NCBI GenBank assembly: GCA_964252035.1
Contig: OZ176200.1
Source: Podarcis erhardii
Lineage: Eukaryota
Reading direction: 5' to 3' (one strand)
DNA length: 63,882 nt
A program made the translations under genes and the position numbers. Below are positions 50,215 through 62,943 of this stretch, in pieces. Numbering within the stretch: the stretch's first letter is position 1; each line of letters starts with the position of its first letter. The notes below the pieces were generated by a model. The model had not been told where the DNA came from, did not search any database, and saw only the letters and a program-made list of their open reading frames with translations.

Positions 50215-50781
50215 CTTTAAAAATAAAAGTTCTTGTTAAATACTGTTATTCCTTAAAGCACAAGAAATATTTCCAGTTGAAAGTTCACACATTGTTATCT
50301 CCTATCGTAGAACAGCAGTCTATTAGAAAGCCTATGAAACAGCTTAAATGACACTAAAAATGAAGTACCCCTCCCCCATGTTGAGCAATGACCATAATGC
50401 AAGACTGCTGATTTCAATGAAGTTTGCAGCTGCTGGACCACTGTGACTCCATTAAGGGTCTGGGTGTAAGCCTGCTTTTAAATATCCTGATCTTTCTTAT
50501 TCGCTAGCAATTTGACCCAATGAGTACTAACAGACAAAGAAGCTATGGAATACTGATGGCGTTCTCTTGCCCATAAAAGTTGGAGATTAATTAGCATGCT
50601 CCCTAGATGGAGTAGCTACTAAAATGTCACCCTCTCTGACACCCACAACTTACACAGAGACGGTGCTGTTGAGCTGGTGAAAACAAACTATGAGTAGCCA
50701 ACATGTTGCCCTCCATGTGGAAGTCTACAATATCCATCAGCCCATCAGTATGGCCAACAGGGCTGGGATGATGGGCAGTGT

Positions 50782-51008
50782 AGAAGAAGAGTTTGAATTT
50801 GATATCCCGCTTTATCACTACCCGAAGGAGTCTCAAAACGGCTAACATTCTCCTTTCCCTTCCTCCCCCACAACAAACACTCTGTGAGGTGAGTGAGGCT
50901 GAGAGACTTCAGAGAAGTGTGACTAGCCCAAGGTCACCCAGCAGCTGCATGTGGAGGTTCACCAGATTATGAGTCTACCGCTCTTAACCACTATACCACA
51001 CTGGCTCT
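50782..51008 (-). mobile_element. tRNA-headed, L2-tailed SINE with internal deletion near the B-box
   Basis: Same family as 44749-45004; lacks the GAGCGGAGACGCGAACCCG segment. Confidence 0.85.
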
Positions 51009-51035
51009 CTGTGTAGTCTAACAACATCTAGAAGT

Positions 51036-51259
51036 AAAATAAGAAAATTCCTTCCAGTAGCACCTTAGAGACCAACTAAGTTTATTATTGGTATGAGCTT
51101 TCGTGTGCATGAGCACTTATTCAGATACCAACAGCTGTGCACGCACACGAAAGCTCATACCAACAACAAACTCAGTTGGTCTCTAAGGTGCTACTGGAAG
51201 GAATTTTTTTATTTTGTTTCGACTACGGCAGACCAACACGGCTACCTACCTGTAACTAG
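51036..51259 (+). mobile_element. Penelope-like element end with inverted partial copy (foldback), hammerhead-derived
   Basis: 13-bp TSD AACATCTAGAAGT at 51023-51035 and 51260-51272; inverted arms of about 75 bp; hammerhead motif on minus strand at 51091-51128. Confidence 0.8.
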
Positions 51260-52041
51260 AACATCTAGAAGTGTGATGTTGGCTACTCCAAGTTTAGCAG
51301 GATTAGTACAGATCAAACTAATGGGAGGAATTCAATGTTGCACTCTTCTGATCATTCCATCATTCCATCAGGGCAAGCAGTTTGGCTTGCCAGATGGAAA
51401 GATCCCCAGGAATCATTCCAGTTCTCCCACCTGCCACCCAAGCCAGTTTGAAGGGATGTGGAGTCTCTGTGCAGGGGTGCTGCTGATGGGCTTCACTAAC
51501 TGAATCCCACCCAACGGTTGTTGAGCAAGCCCTCAATACTAGCTGGGACATTTTTTCTTCCCATCTGTTTTAGCGGTCCATGCCAATTCAAGCTCTGGAG
51601 GAAGCTTTCATATGGACAAGCCTTGGATTCCGTTTGTGTGAATCTCTTGATAAAACTGGAGTGCCTTATAACGGGAAAGAGAGGGGTGGGATTTATTTTT
51701 TGTCTTGTGTGAAAGATGGGTTTTGCAATCACATTTTGTTCTCCATTACTGCAATGTTATCAGAGGACAGACTGTTTTATTCTTAGATAAGAGCCACAAA
51801 AACAGCCAAAATATTTATTAAAATGGCATTGAAACAAGGCCAGAAGAGTGTTGCAAAATCAAACATTTTAAAATTGGCATTGGGTTTGGAAGGATTTATT
51901 TTTACAAGAAGGGATTTACTGTTACTATAAAAAAAGATTCCAAAAGACATTGAGGAAACTGGGCACAGCATCCCTGGGCTCATATTGATATAGTCTTTTC
52001 CTGCCATAAGCTTGTACTTTTTGAGGTAAATTAGATTTATC

Positions 52042-52208
52042 CAGTGATTTTTTTTCTGGGAGGATGCAGGGGTACACATACCCCTAAATATTTTGTGAAT
52101 CTTTGTAATTTTGTCCATTTACTTTTCCCAATTTGAACTATAAAATGGAGATTTTCTTGAGTCAAAATGAGAGTAACCCTTAACATTTTTTTAAGGAAAA
52201 AAGCACTG
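52042..52208 (+). mobile_element. hAT MITE
   Basis: TIR CAGTG.TTTTTT/AAAAAAGCACTG; TSD GATTTATC/GATTTACC (7/8). Confidence 0.85.
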
Positions 52209-52898
52209 GATTTACCCCACCTATTTTTTACTGGTACTAATGAAAAGGAGTATTTTTCATTAGTATTAGTATTATGGTCCTACAATTCTGAACCAAGGGG
52301 CATGGGAAGCTTTCCCCCCTTTCTCCATTCTTCCTCTGCCCTGAAAGAGTTCTTTCTGAAGTGCATTGCAAAGTAGCTTTTCTCCAAACACAACTTGAAC
52401 TGCCACAAATTCTGCCACTGAACAGCGCGCAGAGCCCTGCAGCTGATCCTACAACTGAGCAATAGTGCCAGACTTTATCAAAGGCAATAGAATATACTTA
52501 TTTAAAGAGAGCAAGTTTAAAAGGCCCTATAAAATATAATTTAAAAATCCTATTGGGGAGCTGGTGGTCGGTAAATGAATAAGATAACAAACAGGGTGGG
52601 GTAGCAGCATCCAGGTGCACATCTAGATTTATAGCAGCTCACAGAAAACCTTCAAAACAACTTTTGTCAATTTACCCAGCATAATGGCTAAACTTGGGGA
52701 GTTCAAAGGAGCAGTCTAACAGCTGTTTTGGGACAGCTGCAGAGCAAGGGGCAAATAAGCGTATTAGAAAGATCCAGGTGAATCTCTCAAAGGCAGCATA
52801 CAAATATTTTAAAATAAAATAATAAAAATGCCTTTGCCCCTTTTGAAAGCAACACACTTTTCAGAAAGGCTGGCAAGTTTTTAGCATTTGCAACTTAC

Positions 52899-52934
52899 CC
52901 AGTTATCATGAGCTTTCTGCTCATGGGACTTAAC
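52899..52934 (-). CDS. MIA2: MIA2 exon (VKSHEQKAHDNW)
   Basis: taacag| and |gtaagt; 36 nt; matches recalled IISHEKKAHDNW. Confidence 0.92.
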
Positions 52935-53052
52935 CTGTTAAAAGAGAATTCCACATTAGTTCAGAGGTGCAGAACTCAAATCACAGTCTGAAAGGCAAGA
53001 TGCATTTTTTTAATTCCAAGAGCCACGCTAGCACATGACTTGTGGGAAAGTA

Positions 53053-53300
53053 CAGTCATACCTCGGGTTGAAGTAGCTTCGGGATGAATATTTTCAGGTT
53101 GTGCTCCGCGGCGACCCAGAAGTAACGGAGCGCGTTACTTCTGGGTTTCGCCGCTTGACCATGTGCAAACGCTCAAAATGACGTCACACGAATGTGCAGA
53201 AGCGGCGAATAGCAACCTGCGCAGACGCAGGTTGCGTTCGCTTCAGGATGCAAATGGGGCTCCAGAATGGATCCTGTTCGCATCCAGAGGTATACCACTG
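53053..53300. mobile_element. Tigger/pogo-like MITE
   Basis: CAGTCATACCTCGG...GAGGTATACCACTG termini, TA on both sides; CpG-rich interior. Confidence 0.8.
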
Positions 53301-54422
53301 TATATGACAATTCACTTTCTCTCCACACCCACCTTCTATTAACCTCTCTCCTTTCCCCACTCCATAATGTTTATCTCTGTTGTGCCTCCATTCCACAGGT
53401 CCCTTCCTCAATACTGTTTTTCTCTCACACTGCCCTGTAGTGCTCATGCTTGCTCACTCCTCCTCTCATTTCCCACCACATTTTTTCCTGCTGTTCCTTC
53501 TCTTATCTCCACTTCTTTCTTGCCAAGTTCATCCACAACAACAAACAAGGTTGTTGTTTTTTACGTTCCCAGATTTTACCCCAATGAAAGTGTCTCAGGC
53601 ACAAGAGAGGAATGCCATCTGGACAGATACTAGCATGCCTCTGTTTCTCAGCTGCGTGCCTCAGAAACCAAAGAGGAGGAAGTGGAAAGTGCATGAACTG
53701 ACACAAGAATTCCCCCATCCCACTCCTATTCATGCTGAGCTTAGGTGGGCCTTAGATATCTCCACAAGGAGTTGAGAGAGGGCTGGCAAATGATCTGGCA
53801 CACTTTTGATCAAATATAAAGTAACATCTTGAGTACAATACATAACACTGGCTGGGTTCACACATGGTTTGAAGTTGGCTTATTTAGAAGCTAAAACAGC
53901 TTGTTTTAAACCAGAATATGTGGTTCGTATGTAACACAAAGATACGACTAAACTCAGCAGAGGTACGACGCCTGTAGAAAGAAAATGGTGCCAAATGCAA
54001 AAAGGAGCAAATCACAAACAGAAATTTTCCTTTGCTGCCGTGACTCAAAGATGAGCCATGTCTACAAAGGCAGAATGTTCCTTCGCAGCCACTGCTTCAG
54101 CTGAAAAGCCGTACCTGCGAAGGAAGAAATGGGAGTTCACTTGATGTGCTTTTGTGTTGCATCACCTGATGTCATGGGCCATCATGGACTGACATATGGG
54201 CAACCCCATCCACTTATCAAAATGGCCCCAAAAGGTGGGGAAGTTTTGGATCTAGCCCACTGGATACATTCCTCACCTGTGGTCAAAGTCAATAAAACTT
54301 TAAAGATGAGAGATGCTGCATTTAAGATATACGTTATTAATAAAAATAATAACAACAAAGGCCTCAGTCTGCTATACACCTGTCTGGGAGCAAATTTAAT
54401 TGAACTGAATTTTACTTCTGAG

Positions 54423-54596
54423 CAGTGCTTTTTTTCTGGGGGGATGCAGGGGTATGCATACCCCTAAACATTTTGTGAATCTTTGTACTTTTGTCCATTT
54501 ACTGTATTTATTTCCCCCAATTTGAATTACAAAACGGTGATTTTCTTGAGTCAAAATGAGAGTACCCCTGAACATTTTTTAAGAAAAAAAGGACTG
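54423..54596 (+). mobile_element. hAT MITE
   Basis: TIR CAGTGCTTTTTTTCT/AGAAAAAAAGGACTG; perfect 8-bp TSD CTTCTGAG at 54415-54422 and 54597-54604. Confidence 0.9.
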
Positions 54597-54736
54597 CTTC
54601 TGAGCAAACATGCTTAGGATCATGCTATAATGCTGAAATCCTAAGCAAGCATACTTTGAAGTAAACCCAACTGAAATCAGTCACAGTAAACATAGCACAT
54701 GTACTAATTTAGAAAACAATATATATATATAAATAC

Positions 54737-54797
54737 CAGATTCTCATAAGAGTGAACTGTTTTTTTCAGTTCGTCTTCTAGTTCTTCTGCTCGTTGT
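54737..54797 (-). CDS. MIA2: MIA2 exon (QRAEELEDELKKTVHSYENL)
   Basis: ttacag| and |gtattt; 61 nt. Confidence 0.9.
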
Positions 54798-56183
54798 CTG
54801 TAATGGAATTATACAAGGATAATTTTGCACACCAGATATTATCACAACACCTTAAGAAACATTGAAAAGTATGTCATTAAAAAAAAGCAACAACCCCAAA
54901 CCTAATCTAACTGGGAGCCCTACTGAAGCAGGAGGCAGAGCACCAGTTAGGCAAGAACAAATAGCCTTTGAAGCAGATTGGAACCTGCCTGCAAAACTAT
55001 TCCCTTTTGTCAAGCTGCCTGCAAAATTCTGTTGTTGTGAAAGAGACAAAACTGGAATTGAATGGGGTCTCTTCCAATTGAAGCTTAGCAGCCTACATTG
55101 ATTTACAAGGCCCTGTAAGGTTGGGGGAGGGTATTAACCTCGCTGTGTTGAACCAAAGACAAATTGTTCCAGAAGCTCTGCAAATGTCATCTTGGTAGCC
55201 AAGATAACCCCACAATTAACTGGCAGCTGTAGCAATGAGCTCATATATGTTTATATTCACTTGTTTTGCTATAAGCTAATTTGCTTGCTGTGATGCTGTC
55301 CTTATCTGTGAGCTTGGAGTGCTGGGTTCTGGGCCCAGAAAGGGCATCTATCTGTAAGACTTGGGCATTTACCACCTATGCCCTCATCTGGTCAGGTGGA
55401 GTGATGGGAAGTCCTGGCCGAGAAACGTATGCTGCTTTGTCTATAAAGAATGTATGGATGTTTGTGTGGATGCAGACAGCCATCTCCTTACTTCAATGTC
55501 AATCCCATAAAGGCTCGGAGACCTAGCAGGCTGATTTGCTGTAAGTCTGCACCTTTCTTTTAATAAAGCACTAGAACTGACCATTCTGATGGTTTTGACA
55601 TCCTTCTTTGGCATCTCTGCACCCAACCACTCCCACAAGCCCTTGTTTAGAACACTGATGCAGAAGGGACACTAGAATATCTAGCACCTTTAAAAAGGGA
55701 TAACCTACCCAGTCATTCTGGTGACTGTCAAGACCCACAAGCTCTGCAAAGCTACCTTAAAGCTGCCTGCCCCTTAGAGGAAGTTCTGGGTGGGTTCCGG
55801 AGAAGCATGAGCAGAACTCCAGTTTCATAACAGGGCTTTCCTGGCTCCTTAGGATGAAGGGATCATCTAGAATTGAGGTGGGATGGGACACAGTGGGCTC
55901 CAGAAGGATGGAGGAAAGCAGCAAAATCTGGTGAATTGCCTTTCTACTCAAGGAAGATACATTCAAATCCAAGCCTCTGATAACCACTCTCTCCACCCAA
56001 AACACTATGAGAAGGGGCTTGAGTCAGTTGTGATTACTGTAATGGGGCTTCACTGACTTGATTAGAGGTACTTACTCCATACGACTCCTCTGATTTTTCA
56101 AAAGTTTCAAGATGCTAGGTCTAATTCTCCACTGAATTTTGTTCATTCAACAGAGGAAAATACCAAATGAAATCCATAGTTAC

Positions 56184-56285
56184 CGATAACGGTTCACTTC
56201 TTCAGCAGCATGACTGATTGTCTCATCAACTTTGGAAAGCTTTTCTTCTTTCTGCAAACGATCTTTTTCTTCTACAGTTAATTTC
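56184..56285 (-). CDS. MIA2: MIA2 exon ([29 protein letters not shown]..)
   Basis: tcaaag| and |gtaact; 102 nt. Confidence 0.94.
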
Positions 56286-57214
56286 CTTTGAAAAATAAAA
56301 GAAACAAAGCCTTTCATTAGCCACAACTCAACTGTTTTCTAGTCATCTTAAGAAAACATCCAGAAAAAGCTGAAGCTCATTTCAAAAAAACAAACACTGA
56401 CACGTACAGTAATTTCCATTTGCCCTAGTAGCCTGATCCTTAATTATAAGCAGCTTAAGCAACAATAAAAATGGTGTTTAAATCCTCAATACATTAAAGG
56501 TTGTGCCACCCTGTGCATACTTAGAGGGCTTCTCAAGGTGTGAATCAGCTAACAATCCCTGTCAGTAGAAGCCCTGTGCAAATGGGGCTTCTGCCCACCC
56601 CCCATGCAAATTGGCTAGGGATGGAGACAACATTGCATGTGGGTAGGAGAGGAGAGATCATTCCATCTGGCAAGCTGCAACACATGAGCAGACAGAATGT
56701 TCAACACAGCACCACCCTCACTGAGGGTTCAGAGCAAACATGCATACGTCTGCAGAACTTGCCAAATTTATTTCTTGAAGGTTGCAGCAGTAGCTTTGAA
56801 AAATGATTTGTGAAGAACTTGCCGGTAAATATCTGCTAACAATAGTAACTGGTCCCCAAGAGAAATTTAGTACTGATGAAGTGCTAGCACCCCCATGATC
56901 AAAATGATCAGGGGATAGGCCAACTCCAATCTCTCTCACCACCAAAGAAACACAAATGAACAGCAGAGAACCCGCCTGAGCAACGCTGACACCAAATCCT
57001 ACATACATTAAGCAAAATAGAAACATCGCCACCCGACCCCCCCCTCCACCCCTTATTTCCCCCTAATGTCTCAACAAATGAAACTGATTTATAAAAATGT
57101 TACATGGAAAAAATACGAGACATTACACATACTTCTGTAAAACAAGAAAATCTTTAATAAAAAGAAAATGATCAGGGAATCTTAAGATAAAAGAATGAAA
57201 TCAAGGAAGACTCC

Positions 57215-57630
57215 AAATGAGGGAATGCTCCAGTTATGGGTGACTTCAACTAGCATCATACAGACTGGCTACATATGTTTTCCAGCCATGAGAAAGTGGC
57301 AAATTATCTAGATATCCTAAAGGACTGTGTCATGGAACCAACCAGAGGGACGGCAAGCCTGGACTTTTATCTTGAGTGGTGCCCATAACTTGGTACAAGA
57401 TGTAAGTGTTGCAAGCCAGTTAAGTGAAGTAGCCGTAGTGCTATTCACGCACATACATGAAAATGGCCAATTGCCAAGAAAATCCAGCGCAGTCACATTT
57501 GGCTATGAAAGAGGAAACACCCCCAAAATGAGGGGATTGGTAAAAAGGAAGTTGAAAGAAAAAGTCAAGAGGGTCACATCAATCCAAAATGCTTGGGAGT
57601 TGTTTAAAAACACAGTATTAGAAACCATAT
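57215..57630 (+). mobile_element. CR1 LINE ORF2 endonuclease-region fragment, degraded
   Basis: VMGDFN..DW, EPTRG..LDFIL and KMRGLVKRKLK..NAWELFKNTVLE motifs across frameshifts. Confidence 0.75.
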
Positions 57631-57795
57631 GAAGTAGTAAGCAGATAGACCAAGAACTGGCAGCAAGGTCCCAGTGCCAGGACAAGGGTATAATTGTTGA
57701 AGAAACATGGCACGCTCAAGTTACATATAACATCCTTTTTCTGTTATCTAAACAAAGATTCATGTATCAAGCAACAAATCGACCACTACCAATAC

Positions 57796-57934
57796 CTGTG
57801 AAGGTTCATCTCATTTTCTTGATACAGCTCAGTCATGACTTTAAGCTTTTGCTGAAGCTTCTGAACTTCGCTTTCAAAGTGTGTGTTTTCAGAATGCAAC
57901 GTGACATGTTCCTTTTGTAGATTTTCAATGCGTT
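57796..57934 (-). CDS. MIA2: MIA2 exon ([42 protein letters not shown])
   Basis: tgacag| and |gtattg; 139 nt. Confidence 0.95.
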
Positions 57935-58744
57935 CTGTCACAATTAAGAGTTAATTACAATTAACTGATATGTTAAACCCATACAATAAAGGAAACAAAG
58001 ATTGAAGACTGAATACAGTATTCTAACGCTGAAAAGAAAAATGATTTCTGAAGGGGTTTGGAAGAGACGTAAAACCTCATTATGTCCCTGTACAGTAACT
58101 TCAGTCACTTTGAAAAATGCTTTGAAATCCCACTAAAAGGATACATTCGCCCCCTTTCACATGGATTTGTGGACCAAATTTTGTTTTGATTTCCTTCACA
58201 GGACAAATATGTTTGGACCAAATGGGCTGAGGCGCAGACAGGAGGGAAATAAGGCACAGGACAGCTTTACCATTGCTAAATAAAATCCTTTTTAATACTA
58301 ATACCACACGTCAGCATCAACAGTTTCCCAGCTAACAAGCTACTAAGATAATGGCCATGTAATACATAGAAATCCAGGTTTTGGGTTTTGTTTTTGGTGT
58401 CTTCTACTTCCTAATCAGGATCCAGGTTGGCCCAAGTTTGCTGCCTGAGAGAACAGCTGTGTTGTCCCCCAACCCAACCCACTACCCAGTCAAAGTGTAC
58501 AGATGCACAGCTGGGCAAGTTATTCTGGAAAACCCCCGGAAACACTCCTCCCAGCTCCCTGACATTAAAAATGCAATAATGATACATGAAATAACTAACA
58601 GCCTATTGCCATTTCATGACACCCAAAATTAATTGTCTGAGGCAGTTGCCTCAAATTTCTGTGGGTTGTCCCTGCTTAGTGTTTCCTCAGCCACATTTCC
58701 TCAGTCACCACCAGTCACTCACCTCACACCTCAATCCCCAGTAT

Positions 58745-59130
58745 CTTCAAGACAGGGTTGGGAGAGCCCCCTGTCTGAAATCCTGGAGAGCTGTTGCCAG
58801 TCAATGTAGACAATGCTCAGCTAGATGGACCAATGGCCTGACTCAGTATGACCAATGACCTGACTCAGTACAGTGGTACCTCAGGTTAAGTACTTAATTC
58901 GTTCCGGAGGTCTGTTCTTAACCTGAAACTGTTCTTAACCTGAAGCACCACTTTAGCTAATGGGGCCTCCTGCTGCCGCTGCACCACCGGAGCATGAGTT
59001 CTGTTCTCATCCTGAAGCAAAGTTCTAAACCTGAAGCAGTATTTCTGGGTTAGCGGAGTCTGTAACCTGAAGCGTATGTAACCTGAAGCGTATGTAACCC
59101 AAGGTACCACTGTAGAAGGCAGCTTCCTAT
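58745..59130 (+). mobile_element. tRNA-SINE body interrupted by a MITE
   Basis: ..GAGCCCCCTGTCTGAAATCCTGGAGAGCTG..AGATGGACCAATGGCCTGACTCAGTA[MITE]..AAGGCAGCTTCCTAT. Confidence 0.6.
58871..59112 (+). mobile_element. Complete Tigger/pogo-like MITE
   Basis: TIR CAGTGGTACCT/AGGTACCACTG; TA TSD at 58869-58870 and 59113-59114. Confidence 0.92.
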
Positions 59131-59397
59131 GGCTTTCCCCACCAGGCCTCCTGGCATGTTTAAGTCATGGGAAGCAGCAGTGCTTTTTGAATGGAAGGCA
59201 AGTTAGTATTTGGCTCCCATATGCAGTAGCCACCAGCCAAGTTAAATTACCCAAAATGCAATGTCTGACACAATTTTGGGTTGAGCATTCCATTTTGGGT
59301 AATCGAACATGGAAGATGGCAACTGCAATTAAGAGCCAAGTTTGGTTCCCATGCTACAGCAGCACCAGGAACACTACTAACACACTTCTGGTGTCCG

Positions 59398-59447
59398 AGT
59401 GTGAGTGTGTGAGTGTGTGTGTGTGTGCGTGTGTGCGTGCGTGCGTG
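59398..59447. repeat. (GT)n/(GCGT)n microsatellite
   Basis: Seen directly. Confidence 0.9.
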
Positions 59448-60043
59448 TAATAAGTGAGTGGCAGCAGCAAAGTCTGAACCTGGGTCTGCACCATACTCTA
59501 TCTAATGGTAAGGCTGCCCCTGTCACAAACGCCTCTCAACAAGATACAACCCATTTCATTGTCTCTGGGATTGTTTCTCCTTTCTGAAGTGGAGCGGGGG
59601 GGGGGGGGAGTGGAAAAAAATAGAACAGACAGCAAATTTAAATGGCTGCTTTTGTTTCTATACAGTATGCAACCTTCTTCAATATTTACAAATCTCTCAT
59701 CTCTACGTGTGGCAGTCTCTGAAAGTGGAACAATTCCCACAACCATGATGTACCCATTCAGAGATTACACCAAGCCATGAAAAACACCTTCCTGAGGCAC
59801 TCCATGAAGGATACGGCATCATAAATTCAACAAGGTATCTTGTAAAAATTGAATTCTTCGTTTTAATGGTTTTTTCCCCAAGATACTTTATACTTCAGTG
59901 AACTCTGATCATTTAAGAGATTTCTAATTATCTTTACAGCTTCATTCATTTAAAAGTAAAGATTTTCCTAAAACCTTAATGGAAAACAGCTTTCTTCTTC
60001 CTTTAAAAAATATAATAATTAAAAATCAAGAATTCATCATTAC

Positions 60044-60134
60044 CTGCAAGTTCCTCTTTTGCTTTGTTTTCATCTTTTAGCTTTGAACAGATTTGATTTA
60101 CTTCTGATTCCATAGATTTTAGACAAGCATTTAG
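60044..60134 (-). CDS. MIA2: MIA2 exon (LNACLKSMESEVNQICSKLKDENKAKEELA)
   Basis: atatag| and |gtaatg; 91 nt. Confidence 0.92.
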
Positions 60135-61378
60135 CTATATCAAAGAAAAAAGATAAATTATTTCAAATTATAATTGCAAAAGAAGCTACTGATGTACATT
60201 TGCACTTCTAAAACAAATCTTTATCTAGTTCTGGATCATTTTCTGGCTGCAATGCTTATTTATGTATTTGATTTTTTTCCCCTACCTCACCATTCCTCCA
60301 AACCACAACAGAAGCTGGTTTCACATAGTATATCATTAAAACAGCTATTTTAAATAAATATAACTATCAAATCACTACATTATACCAAGACTATATCACA
60401 GCAAAAACAGTAGGTACCTAAAGAGAGGTTGTGCACCCACTGTAAAACAAAACTACGTGCCAAGGCAAAGCCAGGAAGCATTCTATACTTGTCCTGTACC
60501 CACCTAGCCAAAGAAGGCAATTGGTTGATGCTCACTTCTTTAATGAGTTAAAGCAACAGTGGGACCACACACACCCTCCCAGAATTAAGTACCCTCATCT
60601 GATGGGAGTGCACACACACAACCAGAGACTTTTCCTGCACAATGTCGTTGCTGCTCTTACCTCTTCAAGCACCTCCTGGTTCTAAAAAACAGTGGAGCAG
60701 GGGATGGCAGGGATTGGACCGGCCTGCCCCTCGCCTGAACAGCCTCTTTCTCCGCGTCCAATGTGTCCTGCAACCCCACTTCTGTCTCCAACCCTTCCTC
60801 TCCTCTTCCCCCTGCCCTGGCTCCTGCCTCACAGGTGGCACCAAACACCATAAATCACTGGGGAGCCCCGCTCCTGGGTCAGTCTCCAACCCCCTTGCCT
60901 CCATCACACACACTTCAGAGCCCTGCCAATCCCTGGCAATAGTTAAGCGATAGGAGCACCCCACTGCATTATATATACTAAAGAGGCACACCATTAAAAT
61001 AATTCTTTGGCTTGAATCCAGAGTTCTTATGAGCAGGACTCTGCTCATAGGCTGCTTCTGCTGGCGGAGGCAATTTTCAGTGATTCCTCCTTCTCCCAGC
61101 AGCCCCTCTGGGACAGTGTGGGAGGTGGTACAGTAGACAGCAGAAATTGAAAAATCAGTTAAAATTGTCTCTCTTCTTTCTCCAGCAGGGATCTCAGCCC
61201 ATTTCATGAATGAAATAAACTCTTCCATTCACAGAAGGGCAACTCTGGATCCTATCATTCCAAAAAAGCTTGCAGATATTCTCTACTGAACTTTTTTTTT
61301 TAAATTGCTTTAATTCCCCCCCCCCAAAAAAGTTTTTATAAACCAGTAAAGAAAATGATCACAATATTAGTGTATTAC

Positions 61379-61425
61379 CTTCGCAGCATAAATCAACTTC
61401 TTTACAGTTCGTTTTTCCTGATCAT
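61379..61425 (-). CDS. MIA2: MIA2 exon (DDQEKRTVKKLIYAAK)
   Basis: aaccag| and |gtaata; 47 nt. Confidence 0.9.
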
Positions 61426-62112
61426 CTGGTTTAAGGGAAATGAAGAGAAGGTGAAAAAAACCCAACAAATCACAGAAACCTTTTTCTTTCGTTATTTATT
61501 TATAAAACCCAGTATTGCCTTTTAAGTGGGAAAGATTTCTTTTGCCCAATTTTTAAAAACAGTTGTATTGTTTGTAAGAAGCAGTGAGTTTGAGAGGGAG
61601 GGGATAGGGACATTATTCATCTAAACGTGCTTTACAGAAGCAGTTTTTCTGAAATGCGTTTGAAATGTGTAATCAATCCAATGCGAGAATTACACCCCTC
61701 AGGCTTAAGTTCATTGACCTTTTCATGTGGGCTGCTTATCCTCAGGCTAAGGACAAGAAGGAGCAGTGGTTGTCAGACCAGTTTGTGCTTTGCCAAGTTA
61801 TCCTGGGGTTAGAGTCTCAACAACTTGGATTGTCTTTTTCTAAGTTTTTTGTTTTTTAACTTCAGGGGTTACATTGAGCAGTCGGCTGCAGCACAGAGAA
61901 CTCTAGCATATGTCAACATAAAGCTTTGGTGAAAATCCACTTTATGCAATAGGCTATTGCCTATTAATATCTATGCCATAGATTTTGCTTAATTCCTTGT
62001 ATGTAGTTGATTCATACATATTAAGGAGGAGAACAGATGACAATTCTAGAATTTGAAAATGAAATCATTTCTCTTTTCTTTCCCTTTCCATAGGAAATGA
62101 ATAATGATTTAC

Positions 62113-62236
62113 CCAAGTGCTCCCCATTTTCTGTTTCAGTCTTTATATCATTATCCCAATGGTTGTCTCCAGCAGCAGCATGTTCATCTAATGTACAGCT
62201 CCAGTCTTTCATCTTCAGCAAGCACTCTGTCAGTGA
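62113..62236 (-). CDS. MIA2: MIA2 exon (SLTECLLKMKDW...ENGEHL)
   Basis: gtatag| and |gtaaat; 124 nt; matches recalled TLTERLLKMKDW..SENGAYL. Confidence 0.92.
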
Positions 62237-62943
62237 CTATACCATATTTATAAAACAAGATGCACAAATGAGTCCTTGGCTCTTCACAAAGCAAATTCGT
62301 GATTTTATTCATTTTATATATATTCAATAAACCTATTGAATGTTTAACGGTATTTTCATATCAAGTGTTTTACAGGAATAGTTCCTGTTCCATGTGGACT
62401 ACTTCTAAGAGAAAAACTTTTACAACAGCATGCATTATTGTGGTAGGTAGACCTCTTGCAAACTCAATACAAGTAGAATTCCAGAACCCCAAGTAAAGTT
62501 GCAGACAGGTTTTTCTCTCTATCCAGCACCGCAAATCTGTATCTGACCACTAGCTTCCTTGGTCTCTGAAAAAGCCACCTGAACCTCCACTGAAGCGATT
62601 TGGAAATTGCCCTTTGAGGAATTTGGAGGGATGTGGATAGATGCCTAAAGAAATCAGTGAAATATTATGCTCCTAGTTTTCTGCCTAGGCCTTTTCTCCC
62701 ATTCACTTACACAAATGGAATGCTTGATATGAGAGGAGGGAAGACTCCAAGAAGTTTAAGCAGATAACCCTACAGCTCAGCCAATTAAAAAGGGCTTAGC
62801 AATTTGCCAAACATACCAGTCTACCACGCTCCCTCCTAGAGCTTTGCACCAGTGACTCCCATAGGAATCAATGAAGCTACAAGGCAACCAGTTCCAAGCA
62901 GCGTTATCAATGCCTGAGGGAAGCATGTGTATCTCTCCAAATA

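Larger units (their letters stand above)
43625..62236 (-). other. MIA2: MIA2/CTAGE5 (TALI) 3' portion, 15 exons, 545 aa; 5' part beyond window
   Basis: Coiled-coil then proline-rich domain with PPP motifs; all 15 phases consistent; tail-to-tail with FBXO33 as in human. Confidence 0.93.

Noticed and set aside
56868-56900. CTGATGAAGTGCTAGCAC as another hammerhead (similar start at about 24741)
   Set aside because: No GAAA after the stem and no stem I or III
56718-57032. Hydrophobic minus-strand ORF as a NUMT or membrane protein
   Set aside because: No recognisable mitochondrial or other protein motif; lies in a MIA2 intron
60665-61228. 187-aa minus ORF
   Set aside because: No domain signature or splice support; overlaps a GC-rich, probably TE-derived patch
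62711-62769. Possible extra MIA2 exon with perfect GTAAGT donor
   Set aside because: Poor acceptor with no pyrimidine tract, 59 nt frameshifting, not coiled-coil-like
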